From assembly GCA_033560715.1 (NCBI GenBank), contig CP138194.1:283494-347493 (forward strand): a stretch of DNA of 64,000 bases, written 5' to 3'. This document shows positions 11,397-22,430 of this stretch, one piece after another. Position 1 is the stretch's first letter, and every line of letters starts with the position of its first letter. The position numbers and the translations under genes are program-made. The notes beneath the pieces are model-generated. The model searched no databases, was not told the DNA's origin, and saw only the letters and a list, made by a program, of their open reading frames with translations. This DNA comes from Mycoplasmatota bacterium. GTDB lineage: Bacteria > Bacillota_I > Bacilli_A > Mycoplasmatales > MT37.

Positions 11397-11948
11397 TTAA
11401 TTTATCCCCTTTTTCAAAGGAAAGCCGATTTTGCGTAGTAAAGCAATTGCATTCACTTTTGTAGCATTTTTTATAACTAATGTAATATTCATTCCCTTAT
11501 TAATTGTGATTTTGTTGTAATCAATTTCTGGAAAAACAATTTCTTCATTAATTCCAAAATTATAATTACCAAATTTATCAAATGATTTTAAACTTAATCC
11601 GCTAAAATCACGTAATCGTGGTAAAACGACATGAATTAAACGATATAAAAATTCATACATTCGAAAACGACGTAAAGTTACCATACAACCGATTGGCATA
11701 CCAGTTCGAAGTTTAAAAGTTGAAACTGATTTACGTGCTTTAGTAATAACCGGTAATTGACCAGTAATCACTAATAAATCATGTTTAATTTCTTCAATTA
11801 ATTTTTTATTACGAATTAATTCACGATGACTCATACTAATAATAACTTTTTGAATGCAGGGAAGTTGCATCGATGATTTTAATTTTAATTCTTTCATTAA
11901 AACTGGATTGATTGTTTTATTAATCGTTTGGTGAAAAATACTTTTCAT
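11397..11948 (-). CDS. rplE: 50S ribosomal protein L5
   Basis: 183-aa ORF at the spc operon position. Confidence 0.95.
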   Translation of the reverse strand: MKSIFHQTINKTINPVLMKELKLKSSMQLPCIQKVIISMSHRELIRNKKLIEEIKHDLLVITGQLPVITKARKSVSTFKLRTGMPIGCMVTLRRFRMYEFLYRLIHVVLPRLRDFSGLSLKSFDKFGNYNFGINEEIVFPEIDYNKITINKGMNITLVIKNATKVNAIALLRKIGFPLKKGIN

Positions 11949-11951
11949 AAA

Positions 11952-12257
11952 TTATGCTAAAATAGCTCCTTTTTTCTTTTCAAAACGAACTTTTTTACCA
12001 GCTTGAAAACGATATCCAACCCGAGTGATGGCTTTTTTTGATTTATCTAATAACATTACGTTTGAAATGTGAATTGGGCGATAAATTTCAGCAATTTTGC
12101 CTTTTGTATCATTTTGGGAAGGTTTAACGTGTTTTTTGAATTTAATTTCTTCAAGGCAAACACGTAATTTTTTCGGAATAACACGGACAATTTGACCTTC
12201 AATATCACGGAATTTACCGGCAATAACACGAACAAAATCACCTTTTTTAATTTTCAT
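11952..12257 (-). CDS. rplX: 50S ribosomal protein L24
   Basis: 101-aa ORF starting [23 protein letters not shown] (KOW motif). Confidence 0.95.
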   Translation of the reverse strand: MKIKKGDFVRVIAGKFRDIEGQIVRVIPKKLRVCLEEIKFKKHVKPSQNDTKGKIAEIYRPIHISNVMLLDKSKKAITRVGYRFQAGKKVRFEKKKGAILA

Positions 12258-12625
12258 TATAAAATCACACTCACTAATGAAATAATTTTTTTAAACCCGC
12301 GGTTTTTTAAATTATTAGTTACTGGACCAAAAATACGAGTTCCACGTGGATCATTATCATTTTTATTAATAATGACAGCGGCGTTTTCCGCAAAACGAAC
12401 AAACGTTCCATCGCCGTTTGAAACACGATTTTTAGTTCGAACGATCACCGCACGAACTAACGTTCCCTTCTTTAAATTCGAAGATGGAATAGCTTTTTTA
12501 ACAGTCGCACGTACAATATCACCAACGCCAGCCGGACCTTTTGGATTCGATAAATTACGAATTACCAATAATTCTTTGGCACCAGTGTTATCAGCTACTT
12601 TTAAACGTGTTTCTTGTCAAATCAT
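12257..12625 (-). CDS. rplN: 50S ribosomal protein L14
   Basis: ATG at 12623-12625 gives [24 protein letters not shown]... It is joined by TGA to fragment 12257..12568 (122 aa). Confidence 0.95.
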
Positions 12626-12626
12626 G

Positions 12627-12917
12627 TTATTTTTCCAAATTATCAACTTTTAAATCATTATTTTTATGATTAAATTTAGTAAAAATTTTTACTAAACGAA
12701 AATGTTTACGTGCTGATAAAGGGCGTGTTGCCATAATTAAAACTTCATCATTTAACGAAGCAGCGGATTTTTCATCGTGAACTAAATATTTTTTTGTATT
12801 AGAAACGGTTTTTTTATAAATCGGATGACTATAAACCCGACGAACTAAAACAGTGATTGTTTTTGCTAATGAATTAGCAATAACTTTGCCGCGTAATTGT
12901 AAACGTTTTTTTCGCAA
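12627..12917 (-). CDS. rpsQ: 30S ribosomal protein S17
   Basis: 96-aa ORF with a TTG start preceded by AAGGAG. The sequence is S17-like (RGKVIANSLAKTITVLV...HDE). A TATAAT box lies upstream in the 12918-13016 spacer. Confidence 0.9.
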   Translation of the reverse strand: MRKKRLQLRGKVIANSLAKTITVLVRRVYSHPIYKKTVSNTKKYLVHDEKSAASLNDEVLIMATRPLSARKHFRLVKIFTKFNHKNNDLKVDNLEK

Positions 12918-12992
12918 TTTGATTTAATCTCCTTATTTTAATAATGATTATTATATTAAAATTTATTAGTGTTATTTTAACATAATTAAATT

Positions 12993-13026
12993 AAAAACAC
13001 ATAAAAAAATAACTTTTTATGTTTTT
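12993..13026 (-). terminator. Putative intrinsic terminator at the lysS stop
   Basis: The - strand RNA reads ACAUAAAAA-GUUAUU-UUUUUAUGU followed by GUUUUUAAUUU. It overlaps the lysS stop codon and precedes the rpsQ promoter-like TATAAT. Confidence 0.4.
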
Positions 13027-14501
13027 GGTTTGCTTGGTTTTAAAGTTGGAAATAAAATAACATCAGTAATTGATTTTTGATTAGTTAATAACATAATCAA
13101 ACGATCAATTCCAACTCCTAAACCACCACTAGGAGGAAAACCGTACGTTAAAGCATTAATGTAATCAAAATCGATTTCATTTGCTTCTTCGTTGCCTTGT
13201 TCGCGTTCTTTAATTTGTTGTTCAAATCGTAATAATTGTTCACGCGGATCATTTAATTCACTAAAAGCATTGGCATATTCACGACAATCAATGAATAATT
13301 CAAATCGTTCAGTATAACCAGCGCGAGTTTGATCAGATCGTGCTAACGGTGAAATTTCAACTGGATATTGGTAAATAAATGTTGGTTGAATTAATTTTGA
13401 TTCAACAAAATTTTCAAAAAAATGATTCAAAATGTGTCCAACTGTTTTTTGATGTGAAGCAAGATCTAAATTATGTTTGGTTGCTAATTGGATTGCTTGG
13501 CGTAAATTGATTTTAGTAAAATCAATTCCCGTGTATTTTTTAACAGCTTCAATCATCGTTAAACGTTGAAAAGGTAATTCAAAATTTAATTTTTGTGATT
13601 GATATTCAATAATTGCAGTCGAAAACATTTCATTTACTAAATGACGAATTAAATTTTCAACTAATTGCATCATTGTTTCCATATTTGCATATGCTTGGTA
13701 AACTTCTAAAGCAGTGAATTCCGGATTGTGTTTAATTGATAAACCTTCATTTCGAAATAAACGTCCCATTTCGTAAACTTTTTCAAACCGACCAACTAAT
13801 AAACGCTTTAAATATAGTTCGGGTGCAACCCGTAAATAAAAATTAGTAAATAAACTATTGTGAAAAGTTTTAAAAGGACGAGCGTTAGCACCACCAAGAA
13901 TGGGATGTAAAATTGGTGTTTCAACTGATAAAAATCCTTTTTGTTGTAAGAACTGATGAATTAATTGCATAATGCGACTACGATTACGAAAATTTTGATA
14001 AACTTGATCGTTCATAATTAAATCTAAATAACGCTGACGATAACGTTGTTCCACATCAGTTAAACTGTGATATTTTTCCGGAAGTGATTGTAAAACTTTG
14101 GTTAATAAAACAAATTCTTTGACAACTAAAGTTAATTCGTTTGTTTTAGTATATTTAAAAAATCCTTGTTTAATTCCAATTAAATCACCACGATCTAAAT
14201 TTAAAATTAACGTTTGATAGCGTTGATCAAAATCAGGATGAATAAAAAGAATTTGCAAGCTAAACGTTGCGTCTTCTAAAACCGCAAAGGTTAATTTTTT
14301 AAACCGTCGTAATTGTTTGATACGGCCGGCAACCGAAGCTTTTAATTGAATTGGAAATGCGGTTGCTTTTAATTTATTTAAATTAGTGTGGGTGGCTTTT
14401 AAAGTTGCTTGACGAATAAAATCAGTTGCAAACGGTTTAAAACCGAGTTTTTCAAGTTTTTCTAACTTGGTTTTTAAATCTGGATGTATTTTCATTATCA
14501 T
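13017..14501 (-). CDS. lysS: Lysine--tRNA ligase (class II)
   Basis: Intact 494-aa ORF with class II motif 2 (GRLFRNEGLSIKHNPEFTALE) and motif 3 (GGLGVGIDRLIMLL). Confidence 0.95.
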   Translation of the reverse strand: MIMKIHPDLKTKLEKLEKLGFKPFATDFIRQATLKATHTNLNKLKATAFPIQLKASVAGRIKQLRRFKKLTFAVLEDATFSLQILFIHPDFDQRYQTLILNLDRGDLIGIKQGFFKYTKTNELTLVVKEFVLLTKVLQSLPEKYHSLTDVEQRYRQRYLDLIMNDQVYQNFRNRSRIMQLIHQFLQQKGFLSVETPILHPILGGANARPFKTFHNSLFTNFYLRVAPELYLKRLLVGRFEKVYEMGRLFRNEGLSIKHNPEFTALEVYQAYANMETMMQLVENLIRHLVNEMFSTAIIEYQSQKLNFELPFQRLTMIEAVKKYTGIDFTKINLRQAIQLATKHNLDLASHQKTVGHILNHFFENFVESKLIQPTFIYQYPVEISPLARSDQTRAGYTERFELFIDCREYANAFSELNDPREQLLRFEQQIKEREQGNEEANEIDFDYINALTYGFPPSGGLGVGIDRLIMLLTNQKSITDVILFPTLKPSKPKT

Positions 14502-16822
14502 TTTAAATCATCAACTTTGGTTGGTGATTTTGAAGATTCGTATTTTTCAATGCGACCATCTTTAATATAAATGACTGAATCAGCAATCTTAGCAAACTCA
14601 GCATTGTGGGTAATTAAAATGATTGTCATCTTATAAATTCGATTGATATCTAATAAAGTTTTTAAAACCGTTTTTGACATTTTTTGATCTAAAGCACCAG
14701 TCGGTTCATCGCAAAATAGTAATTGGGGATGTTTTGAAAGTGCGCGTGCAATTGCAACTCTTTGTTGTTGACCACCAGAAAGTTGGGAAGGATAATTATT
14801 TTTTTGTGAATCGATTTCAAGCGTTTCAAATAGTTCATAAATATCAAAAGGTGGCCTTCCTTTTGGTAATAAATATGCACCAACTTCAACATTTTCTAAC
14901 GCTGTTAAGTTCGGTAATAAATTATAATTTTGAAAAATAAAACTGACATATTTACGACGAAACAGTGTTAAATCATTATTATTTAATAAAGTTAAGTTTT
15001 TACCATTACTAAAAACATCACCTGAATCAGCTTGATCCAAACCAGAAAGAATGTTTAATAAACTTGTTTTTCCTGATCCAGAAGGTCCTAAAATAACAAC
15101 AAAATCATTCCGTTTAATTCGTAAATTAAAATTATAAAATAATCGGTTTACTTTTTGACCAGTAACAAAATATTTACTCATATTTTTCACTTCAATTATG
15201 TATTCGTTAGGAAGAATATCAGCATCCACTAAACCAACCACTTGATTTTTATATAAAATTTTATTTGAATGGTATTTACGCATTTTTTTATATTCATTTT
15301 TGTTGTTTTTAAATGAAATAAAATCATGAATTGGAGGATTATTATTGTCAATGTAGTTTAAATTAATTCGTTCTGATAATTTAGGAATATCATCGGTTTC
15401 AAACTGAATTTTTTTACTTCATAAACTTGTTCACAAACGTTTTAATCAATTTTTTTTATTAAAAGTATCACGCGCTTGGCTTAATTTTTTCGTATTTTTG
15501 TAAACATTATAAGCAGTTTCTAAAATATTAGGAGATAAATTAATCACTTTTTGGACCAATAAATCCTGTAAAATTACACCTTTACGAATCAAAACTTGAT
15601 TATCGTGAGCAACGATTTTTTGATCCAAACCAGGAAAAATAATTTTATATGATAAATTAATTCTGCTTCAACTAAGTAAAATAATTTCATTCTTACGAAT
15701 TCAATCTCGCATTAAATGATAATTGATAATTTGTTTGATTTTAAATCCGGTAAAGCTAATGATTTTAATAATTGTTTGTTCATCAAAATAAAATTTTTTT
15801 GCCAAACCAAGGGTTTTTAAATTAATGTATTTAATTAAATTAGTATCAATTAATTTAAATGGAATATTTGATTTAACAAACTCTTTTAATAAAAAATAAT
15901 TATTAACAAACCATACATTAAACTTTTTTAATAATTTAAATTTATGAAAAACTTTTTCATTCATTTTTTGCATTTGCAATTTGTTATAGTCAATTAATTC
16001 AAATACTTTTTGTGGTTCAAAAAATTTTTTCTTAATTGAAACGGTTTCATTTTTGTAAAAAAAATATTGATTAATTTCGATTGGAATTAAATCATACGAG
16101 AAAAAATCATTTTGTAAAATGTTGTATCAAGATTCTAAAACAACATGATTTTTTTTCAATCACGTATTTAAAAATGTGATTAAAGTTTTTTGCATCGTTT
16201 TGTTGATGAGTTTTGTGACACTTAAATCAGTTGCTTTGATAATTTGTTCAATGTTAAAATCACTGGTTCTGATTTGGTTAATTTGATCATCAATAATCCG
16301 AAAATTTTCATTAAAAAAGGGAATGAATTTATCTGGTTTCATATTTAAACGAATAAATCATTTAAAAAACAGTAAATTTTGTTGTTTTCAATTATGAAGT
16401 TTTAAATTTCCAACTTTAGTATTTAAAGATTGTAAATTAACGTTAAGAATTTTTTTGCATTCATCTAATGTTAAATTAGGATTTTTAGTTAAAATGCGAT
16501 TTTTTTTAATGGAAAAAAGTAATTGATAATTAGGAATATAATCGTTTAAATTAATTTTTAATTGATGTGCTTGCAACAATAAATTTTTAATTTTATTGTG
16601 ATTAGCGATTAATCAATGACGAATTAATTTTTGCTGTGGTGTTAATTGAAAGAAAATTTGAATCCGATTAAACAAATTAAAACATGCTTGGGAAATCGAT
16701 TTGAAATAATTGTGCAAACGTTTTCAAAATGAAAAACGCAAACGAGTGGTTTTTGGTTTTGGATTTGAACTTGGTTTAGTTGTTTTTGAAACCGCGGTTG
16801 GTTTAGTTGTTTTAGTTATCAT
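14495..16822 (-). CDS. ABC-type ATPase (MacB/LolD-like domain) with about 520-aa N-terminal domain of unknown function
   Basis: Fragments 16388..16579, 16160..16342, 15701..15979, 15446..15628 and 14498..15283 are all in one frame and separated only by TGA. I read every junction codon and found no TAA/TAG. ATG at 16820-16822. The C-terminal domain has GPSGSGKTS, LSGGQQQRVAIARAL and LLFCDEPTG. Confidence 0.8.
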
Positions 16823-16850
16823 TATTTAATTTTGAAATGTTAATAAAAGG

Positions 16851-17036
16851 TTATTTTAAATTTTTCATCGCAGTTAAAATACGAGCAATTTGTTTTTTTA
16901 ATTGGGAAACTTTGTAATATTCATTATTATCACCAGTTGCAATTTGAAAACGTAAAGTTAATAATTTGCCACGAACTTGATGTAATTCATTTTTTAAGGA
17001 TTTTAGATCCATTTTTTGATAATTTATTTGACTCAT
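16851..17036 (-). CDS. rpmC: 50S ribosomal protein L29
   Basis: 61-aa ORF (LKNELHQVRGKLLTLRFQIATG) located after rplP. Confidence 0.9.
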   Translation of the reverse strand: MSQINYQKMDLKSLKNELHQVRGKLLTLRFQIATGDNNEYYKVSQLKKQIARILTAMKNLK

Positions 17037-17461
17037 TAAACTAAACTTTCCTCATTTTTCTTCACAAATCGACAACGTAATGGTAATTTATGAATTGCTA
17101 AACGAATTGCTTCTTTACAAAGTGCTTCACTTGCACCACCACCAACTTCAAATAAAATTGTGCCTCGTTTTGCAACGGCAACTCATTTATCGATATTTCC
17201 TTTTCCCGATCCCATTCGCACTTGAATTGGTTTTGATGTTTTGGCAAAATGGGGAAAAATTCGAATTCAAATTTTACCATATTTTTTAATCACTTTATTA
17301 ATTGCAATCCGGGCTGATTCAATTTGATTATTGGTAATTCAATTACCTTCTAATGCTTGTAAACCGTAACTACCAAACACAATTGTTTTAGCGCCTTTGG
17401 CTTTACCTTCATAACTAACGCGATGTGGTTTGCGTCAAGTGGTTTTTTTTGGAATTAACAT
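17036..17461 (-). CDS. rplP: 50S ribosomal protein L16
   Basis: Read by eye with TGA=Trp: [54 protein letters not shown]...[19 protein letters not shown] (141 aa). Its stop overlaps the rpmC ATG (TAATG). Confidence 0.9.
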
Positions 17462-17532
17462 AATATTTTTAGCTCTTTTTGTTTATTTTAACATAAAAAA
17501 AGTTTTGAAAATAACAAAACTCTTTTCCTAAT

Positions 17533-18186
17533 TTATTGTGATGGTGATTTTGTTTGGTCAGAATAAACTCATACTTTAACACCAATTTGACCATAAGTTG
17601 TTAAAGCTTCGGCAAAACCATAATCAATTTTGCAACGAAAAGTTGAAAGTGGTAATTTACCTTCTTTATAACCTTCTTTACGAGCAATATCAGCACCGTT
17701 TAAACGCCCAGAAACTTGGGTTTTAATCCCAAAAGCACCTAAACGTAAAGCGGAACGAATACTGTTTTTTTGCACTTTTTTATAATTTTGACGATTAACT
17801 AATTGGTTTGCAATATCATTTGCAATTAATTGTGCATTGAGAGCTGGTTTTTTTTGTTCGATTAATTCAATGCGAATGATGTATTTACGATTTTTTAATA
17901 AACGTTGAATTTGTTTTTGAATTAATTGTAATTTTTTGCCTTTTTGACCGAGAAAATAACCAATTTTTGATGAATATAAAAAAATTTTAATTTTTGTGTT
18001 TTGACGTTCAATTGCAACTTTCGATAAAACAATGTTCGTTGGTTGGTTTTGGAAAAATTTACGAATTAAATAATCTTCTTTAATTCACAATGCATTTCGA
18101 CGATGATTATTAGCGGTAAATCAACGTGAAATTCAATCCTGATTAATTCCTAAACGAAGAGCGAAGGGGCTAATCTTTTGTCCCAT
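17533..18186 (-). CDS. rpsC: 30S ribosomal protein S3
   Basis: ATG at 18184-18186 gives [23 protein letters not shown]... It is in frame with fragment 17569..17775 (217 aa). Confidence 0.9.
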
Positions 18187-18190
18187 GAAA

Positions 18191-18571
18191 TTATTTTCCT
18201 CCCTCTTGATTAGTTTGAATACCAATTACAATTTTAATTTGTGATGAACGTTTCAAGATCTTAAAAGCACTACCACGACCACGAGGACGTGAACGTTTTA
18301 AAGTTCGTCCCTCATTTACAAATAACGCTTTAATAAATAAAGAATCAAAAGATGCGCTTAAATTATTAACGGCGTTTGCAATCGCTGAAGAAATTAAACG
18401 ACCAACAATTGGAGCTGCTTTTTTAGGTGTATTATTTAAAACCGCTAATGCTTTTTGTGGTTTTAAATCACGCACTAAATCACAAACAAGTCGTACTTTA
18501 CGTGGTGCCATTCGTAAACGATTTAATTGTGCTGTCACTTGGATAGGTTTATTTTTTACGGTTGTCACCAT
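18191..18571 (-). CDS. rplV: 50S ribosomal protein L22
   Basis: ORF 18191..18598. The likely start is the ATG at 18569-18571 ([29 protein letters not shown]), overlapping the rpsS end. Confidence 0.9.
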   Translation of the reverse strand: MVTTVKNKPIQVTAQLNRLRMAPRKVRLVCDLVRDLKPQKALAVLNNTPKKAAPIVGRLISSAIANAVNNLSASFDSLFIKALFVNEGRTLKRSRPRGRGSAFKILKRSSQIKIVIGIQTNQEGGK

Positions 18572-18818
18572 GTCCTCCAAATTTACGGGTTGGCGCAAAT
18601 TCTCCTAATTTGTGACCAACCATTGTTTCAGTAACAAACACTGGAATGTGTTTTTTACCGTTATGAACTGCGAAAGTTAAACCAATAAATTCAGGAAAAA
18701 TTGTCGAACGACGTGATCAAGTTTTAATTACTTGACGTTTTTTACTTGCTTTTGCTTTTTCCACTTTTTTTAATAAAGAAAGTTCGATAAATGGGCCTTT
18801 TTTAATTGATCTACTCAT
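18549..18818 (-). CDS. rpsS: 30S ribosomal protein S19
   Basis: Read by eye: [84 protein letters not shown] (89 aa). Confidence 0.9.
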
Positions 18819-18857
18819 AGTTTATTTTTTTATTTATTATTATACACTTAATTTTGG

Positions 18858-19703
18858 TTATTTCTTACGGCGTCGATGACGTAAAATTAATTTATTTGAA
18901 AATTTTTTCTGATCACGAGTGGAAATACCCATGAATTTTTTGCCTCATTTTGTTCGTGGTGCATCACGACCAATTGGTGATTTACCTTCACCACCACCGT
19001 GGGGATGATCACAACGATTCATAGCAGCGCCACGAACAGTTGGTCTTACGCCACGTCAACGAGTTCTTCCCGCTTTTCCTAATTTTAATAAACGGTAATT
19101 TTCATTTCCGACTTGACCGATTGTTGCTCAACAATTTTTTAATATTTTACGTGTTTCACCAGAAGGTAATTTTAAAATCATGTAACGTTGAGTATCATCT
19201 AAACCAGCAATTTGCGCTCAACTTCCAGCTGAACGAACCATTTTTGCACCTTGGAAAGGACGAAGTTCGATATTATGAACTAAAGTTCCTTCCGGAATTT
19301 TATGTAAGGGTAAAGCGTTACCAATTTTGATATCAGCTTTTTCGCTACTAACAATACGATCATTAATTTCGAGTTTTTTTGGTGTCAGAATATAACGTTT
19401 AATTCCGTTAGGATAAAAAATTAAAGAAATTAAAGCGTTACGATTAGGATCATATTCAATTGTTTTAACAGTTCCAATTAAATTTTTTAAATTTCGTTTA
19501 AAATCAATGACACGATATTTATTACGTGTTCCGCCACCACGATGACGAACCGTGATTTTTCCCTGATTATTACGTCCCGCAAACTTTTTTAATGGTTTTA
19601 ATAAAGTTTTTTCGGGTTTTTTAGTTGTTAATGTCCGACGGTAATCAATTAAAACTGTATTACGTGAACTATTATTTATCGGACGAAGCTTTTTAACTGG
19701 CAT
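18858..19703 (-). CDS. rplB: 50S ribosomal protein L2
   Basis: Fragment 19218..19703 continues through TGA codons to TAA at 18858-18860 (281 aa). The C-terminus reads ...[15 protein letters not shown]. Confidence 0.9.
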
Positions 19704-20128
19704 TATTGTTTTGATTCTCCTTTTGGAACAGAAACAGGATCGATAACGGTGTTTTTAGCAGAAGAACGAAATCTTTCAAAAAATGATCAACCCTTATTAG
19801 TTTTTTCATTTGATTTTGATGAATCATTTTGAGATAAATTATCATCATTTTCTTTCAAAAAATTAAAGTTTTGATTCGGAGCAATTTTAATATAAGCTTT
19901 TTTAATTGCTTTTTTAAATCCGTGGTAACGACCCAAAGATTTTGGTTTACGTTTACGAACCAATAAATTAACACTATCAACTTTTACACCAAACACAATT
20001 TCAAATGCTTTTTTAACATCGGTTTTGGTTGCATTAGGGTGAACAATAAACAAATAAACTTCTTGTTTAAGTAATTGATGACTTTTTTCCGTTAAAAGCG
20101 GTTTAATAAGAATTTGAGTAGCTAACAT
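19703..20128 (-). CDS. rplW: 50S ribosomal protein L23 (with C-terminal extension)
   Basis: Fragment 19787..20128 continues past a TGA to TAA at 19703-19705 (141 aa). The L23 core is followed by an N/S/K-rich tail. Confidence 0.85.
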
Positions 20129-20811
20129 AAAAGTAATCTCTTTTCTAAAAGTGCTAAAACATCAATAGCAATGATTAGTTTATTGGCTTTTAAAAGATCA
20201 AAAACAGTAATTTGATCAATTGATGTCATTTTTAGTTTACCGATATTCTGTCCACTTAATTTAGTATTTTTATCAAATTTTACATCAATTCATAAAATTT
20301 TTTCTTGCATTGGATTCATTTTTCATTCATTGAATTGTTGCATTAAAAGTTTTGTAGCTGGTTTTTTCATTTGAAGCGATTGATTTATTACAAAAATACG
20401 ATTTTCAAGCGCAGCATTTGATAAAATTCCCGCTAAAACTTTTCGATAAATTTTACGGTTGACTTTTTTATGATAATTTTTTTGATTAGTTGGGCCAAAT
20501 GTAACACCACCACCAACTCAAATTGGTGATCGTTTAGAACCGTGACGAGCACGACCAGTTCCTTTTTGTTTTCATGGTTTACGATTACTACCAGAAACTT
20601 CAGCACGATTTTTAGTATGGCTATTAGATAAACGTTTTGCAGCTTGTTCGGCAACTAAAACGCTTTGAACAGTAATACTTTTCACTTCGGTTTTTCAAAA
20701 GTTTTCCTTTAATTCATAGGTATTTTTTGCATCAAACGTTTGATTTTGTTCCAATAATACCGCTGATTTATTTGAAAGGGTTGGTTTTGATAATTGATTT
20801 TCTGAGCTCAT
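20122..20811 (-). CDS. rplD: 50S ribosomal protein L4
   Basis: Read by eye with TGA=Trp from ATG at 20809-20811: ...[32 protein letters not shown]... (229 aa). Confidence 0.9.
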
Positions 20812-20819
20812 AATAAACG

Positions 20820-21497
20820 TTATTTATTTTCCTTTGATTGCGAATTATTAAATAATTGAATTGGTTTTGATTGTTTTGACGGTTGTTTAGCATTACGAAT
20901 TTTAACAAGCGTAGATCGAATCCCTGGAATTGAACCTTTAACAATAATAATATTTTTATCGGAAAGGCAATTCACAATTTGCAAATTACGAACAGTAATT
21001 TGTTGATTTCCCATTCGACCAGGAAGTGGTTGCCCTTTTCAAATTTTATCGGGACGTGAAAGTCCAACTGAACCTGGTGCACGATGGTGCTTAGAACCGT
21101 GACTCATTGGTCCACGACTAAAATTATGGCGTTTAATAACACCTGCTGTTCCTTTACCTTTTGAAATTGCAATTACATCAATCATATCACCTGGTTTAAA
21201 AAGGTTAATTGTTAATTTATCATTCAATTGATAAGTTTGATCAGTACGAATTTCACGTAAATAAGCTCTTTTTGTAAAATTAATTTTCGCTAAATGATTA
21301 GTAAGACTTTTGCTAGCTGATTTTGATGTTGAATCGGCAACTACTTGAATTGCATTGTAACCATCTTTAGCAACTGTTTTCACTTGACTAACAATATTGG
21401 TTTGAACAGTTATATATGTCACAGGAATTATTTCGCCGTTAGTTTGAAATAATTGCCCCATAAATAACTTTCTTCCGAATAACGCTTTATTGATCAT
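20820..21497 (-). CDS. rplC: 50S ribosomal protein L3
   Basis: Fragments 21039..21497 and 20820..21014 are in frame and joined by TGA (225 aa). Contains KGKGTAGVIKRHNF. Confidence 0.9.
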
Positions 21498-21533
21498 AAT
21501 TAAATACTGTTTTTTCTGTTCTTTTCTTTGTTT

Positions 21534-21845
21534 TTAATCACTTTTTTTAACAATTAAATTAACACTACTTGGTAATTGCATGGTTCTTAATGAATCCATG
21601 GTTTTTGAATTGGGCTTGATTAGCAAAAGTCGTTTGTGAGTTGAGCGTTGAAATTGTTCACGAGAATCCTTGTGACGAAATACTCCTCTCAAAACGGTAA
21701 AAATTTCTTTTTTGGTGGGTAAAGGAATTGGTCCATAAACCTTTGATCCTAATGAGCGAGCAATAACAATAATTTTTTTAATGGTTTCATCAACATTTTT
21801 GTGCTCATAACCAGAAATAATAATTTTAATTTTTTGATCGTTCAT
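21534..21845 (-). CDS. rpsJ: 30S ribosomal protein S10
   Basis: ORF 21534..21908. The conserved S10 sequence starts at the internal ATG at 21843-21845 (MNDQKIKIIISGYEHKNVDETIKKI..., 103 aa). Confidence 0.9.
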   Translation of the reverse strand: MNDQKIKIIISGYEHKNVDETIKKIIVIARSLGSKVYGPIPLPTKKEIFTVLRGVFRHKDSREQFQRSTHKRLLLIKPNSKTMDSLRTMQLPSSVNLIVKKSD

Positions 21846-21938
21846 AATTGATTTTTTTAATATAAAAAAACTAATTTTTAGGATTAGAAATTTTAGTTTA
21901 CTTTTCAATATATACTAACACAAAAAGGAAATTTTTAC

Positions 21939-21969
21939 AAAAAAAAATCCCACTAAATTAATAGTGGGA
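21939..21969 (-). terminator. Rho-independent terminator after the Cys-rich micro-ORF
   Basis: The - strand RNA forms an 8-bp stem, UCCCACUA-UUAAUU-UAGUGGGA (21948-21969), followed by nine U (21939-21947). Confidence 0.7.
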
Positions 21970-22017
21970 ATGACAATAAAACTAATCTAGCTATATATCT
22001 TTTTTCAAAAAATATAA

Positions 22018-22116
22018 CTATTTGCAATTAGCTGAATTTGAACAGTTACAACTGTTACAACTGCAATTACAACAGCAACAATTGTTTTTTTGTGAGCAAG
22101 AACAATTACAATCCAT
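22018..22116 (-). CDS. Cysteine-rich 32-aa peptide (metallothionein-like composition)
   Basis: GGAGGA lies 7 nt upstream of the ATG at 22114-22116. Translation is MDCNCSCSQKNNCCCCNCSCNSCNCSNSANCK, ending in TAG (12 Cys of 32). An in-frame upstream ATG at 22129-22131 would add MEDRV. A terminator follows about 50 nt downstream. The ORF is below the ORF-track size cutoff. Confidence 0.55.
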   Translation of the reverse strand: MDCNCSCSQKNNCCCCNCSCNSCNCSNSANCK

Positions 22117-22430
22117 AACTCTATCCTCCATGTGGAAATTTAAATGTATAAATTTGATAAACCACAACAGTTATATTTTAACATATTAATGCTTGATTTT
22201 TAAAATAAATTTTCGTCAAAACAAACAAAAACGTTTTCATCAATTATATGGTTTTTTATTTAAAATAACCGGTGGTGTTTGTGATTGTTTTTTAGCGTGG
22301 GCTTTAACTTCTAATTTACCAATTTTTTTAATTAATAATAAATCAAGATGTGGTTTTTTAAGTGAATTTGTCATAATATAAAGTATATTATAAATTAATT
22401 TCCGCTAATCTGAATTAAACTAATTAAAGT

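Noticed and set aside
22186-22381. Mirror-image 62-aa ORFs between the Cys-rich micro-ORF and uvrC: + strand 22193..22381 from the track, and - strand 22186..22374 reading MTNSLKKPHLDLLLIKK...NWWKRFCLFWRKFILKIKH.
   Set aside because: Neither has an SD or a recognisable motif, and they overlap each other completely, so I cannot tell which, if either, is real. The region is more likely the divergent promoter region of uvrC and the micro-ORF.
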